A stretch of 63,859 bases of DNA, the filler included, from Basidiobolus ranarum (Eukaryota): the NCBI GenBank assembly GCA_040143965.1. It is 30 parts of 30 records of this genome, joined end to end, with 100 filler letters (N's around TTAATTAATTAA, not from the genome) between each part and the next. Parts side by side here need not be neighbours in the genome. Positions count along the whole stretch, not along the records: positions 61,836 to 63,859 come from JASJQH010003902.1; 29 more parts are not named here. One strand, 5' to 3'. Positions 61,836 through 63,859 of the stretch are shown here, piece by piece. The first letter of the stretch is position 1; each line of letters opens with the position of its first letter. The translations under genes and the position numbers were made by a program. The notes beneath the pieces were generated by a model, which made no database searches, was not told the DNA's origin, and worked only from the letters and a program-made list of their open reading frames with translations.

Positions 61836-63535
61836 TTTCAGCTATACAAGCAACTGATTGGCCTTAGACTTTGTGTTCAGATGCAGTCACCATACTCCAT
61901 ATTTTCCTCTTTGGGAATTACTGCTTGTACCACAAGTCACCAGACTATCAACCATATTTACACATAAAACTCTTGGATTATATGTAAGTTTGCATAAGTT
62001 CTGATCCTTTTCTCCCAAAGCTACATAATTCCTATTTTGATCAGTGATGGTGCATCCTGACTTATCAAAATTGAATTTTAGCCCTTCTGAGGTGGCCTTG
62101 CATACAGATATTAAATTCTTGGCAATATCTGGAACATGTATCACATCCTTAAAAGTATACACTTTCTCTTCAGAAGTTCCAGTTAAATTGACTTGAATTG
62201 TTCACATTCCAATAGCATGCAATGTGCACTCATCTCTCATGAAAACCTTGCTAATTGGGATTTGTTCACAATCCACAAACCAATGCTTTTTATTTGTGAA
62301 ATATTGGGAGGCTCCAGAATTAGTATACCATATCTAAGAATCCTTATTGGTAGTCATAGATTGAGCAGATATGAATAAGTGATCTTCTGTTGAAACAATA
62401 TTTCCTGATTCAGTACATTTTTCTTCTTTTGCAATACTTTCAAAGCAACCTTACTTAAATGGCCAGTTCTTTCACAGTAATCACAGAATTTGTTACTTTT
62501 CTTCTTAAAATGCTTTTGATACACACAGGAAGGTTTCCCACACCCTATTAAGGCATTTTCTTCATTCTTTTGGTTGGATCCTAATTTGTTTAAATCTTCA
62601 TCCAGAAGTCTGCCAAATACATGTTTACGGTCAAATTTCAGTTCTTGACTCTAGAGCCATTACTAGGCTCTGAAGCTTGTGTGGCAGGCCATTCAGGACA
62701 GTAACTACGATATCTTGATCAGTAGAAGATACTCCAATGCCTTCCATTTCAACAACTAAAATAGTCACTCTATTAATTAGTGATTTAATGTCTTCTCCTG
62801 GCATTGTCTTTAAGTTGAAGAATTGTCTTGTTAGAAACATCTTGTTGGCAGCAGAACATGTTTGGTAGGTGTCTTCCAAGGCTTTCCATACCTTCTTGGC
62901 ACTCTTGGCTCTTGAACATTTAATTAGCAATTTGTCCTTAACAATGTGATACATTGTGTTAAAGGCACTTTGTTTTTTTTTAACCTGCAGTAAAACTACA
63001 GATTCAGATAGTTTTGCATTGTTTCTTCTCCTACAACAGTGTCCCAAAGTCCTTTTCCTTGCAGGAGCATATTCATTTTAATTTCCAAACTTGATAGTTG
63101 GTTTCATCCAATTTTTCAGAGGAGGGAAAAGTTCCAGAAATTTGAGAAGTAGACATTACAGAGATTGCAAGCTCAGGGTTCATAACTGGTTTAAGTATTT
63201 GGGAGCCTGATGGAAGTGGTTTGGAGAATATGAGAAATTGGTGATTTTCACTTTTGATTTATTGCAAAGAAAGTGGACATTTATAGTTTTGTCAAGATGT
63301 AGACAGACCAACATGTAGAATGTGTTAAGGAAGATCCCAGGAACATGTTTGCAAAGTTTGGGGCTTCTAGCACAAGTTTAAAAAAATTTATATATCTGAC
63401 AACTTCTAAGTTGGTAAAAATATTTTAACTAAATTCCAATTGAGAATAAAGGATAATATCATAGTGAAATATAAGATAACTAAGCACTAAGCTATATATG
63501 ACTATATAGGTGTTTAGGCAATGCTAACTTCAACA
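61836..63535 (-). mobile_element. Ty1/copia family A 5' end: LTR 63188-63535, PBS AGTTATGAACCC, gag-protease
   Basis: 348-bp LTR; SAKKVWKALEDTY and VLNGLP gag motifs. More RNase H and LTR scraps follow to 63859. Confidence 0.93.
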
Positions 63536-63859
63536 CTCTATAGGTGCTTAGGCAAAGCTAATTTCATCAAGAATCACCTAAATCTGTTAAGACTTTTCTT
63601 AACAGTATTACTTCATTTGTTGCTTTACAAGCAGCCATATATTCAGCTTGTGTTATTGAAAGTGCTCTGGTAGGTTGTTTCTTTGGATTCCAAAAAATTA
63701 GTAGTTTTGACTTATTGATTTATTGAGAAGAAAGTTGACATTTATAGTTCTGTCAAGATGTAGACAAACTAACATGTAGGATGTAGTAAGAAAGGTCCCA
63801 GGAACATGTGTGCAAAGTTTTGGGCTTCTAGCATAGATTTGAAAAATTCCTAATATCTG

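Overview
This is not one locus. It is 30 unrelated ~2 kb contigs (2041 down to 2024 bp, size-sorted) joined by 29 artificial 100-bp linkers (44 N + TTAATTAATTAA + 44 N), so adjacency means something only within a contig. The DNA is eukaryotic and fungal: short GT-AG introns, RPS2, PRO1 and a CE4 deacetylase. An early-diverging fungus such as Basidiobolus/Zoopagomycota is plausible but only inferred. About two thirds is nested, CpG-depleted, decayed transposon DNA: several Ty1/copia families, a chromodomain Ty3/gypsy that may self-prime, a gypsy-like element with a tRNA-Lys-like PBS, and many pieces of a ~5 kb CMC/EnSpm-type DNA transposon with CCCTA termini and a divergent orphan second ORF. 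Host sequences: a head-to-head PRO1 pair with an identical tract, a second head-to-head gene duplication, a chitin/polysaccharide deacetylase, RPS2, an Rcf2/Rcf3-like gene, an orphan GPI-type protein, a bacterial-type MBL-fold hydrolase (HGT candidate), pseudogenes of GGT, catalase and a TM-RGS protein, and a probable mitochondrial group I intron NUMT. All family calls come from motif recognition by eye; no searches were run.
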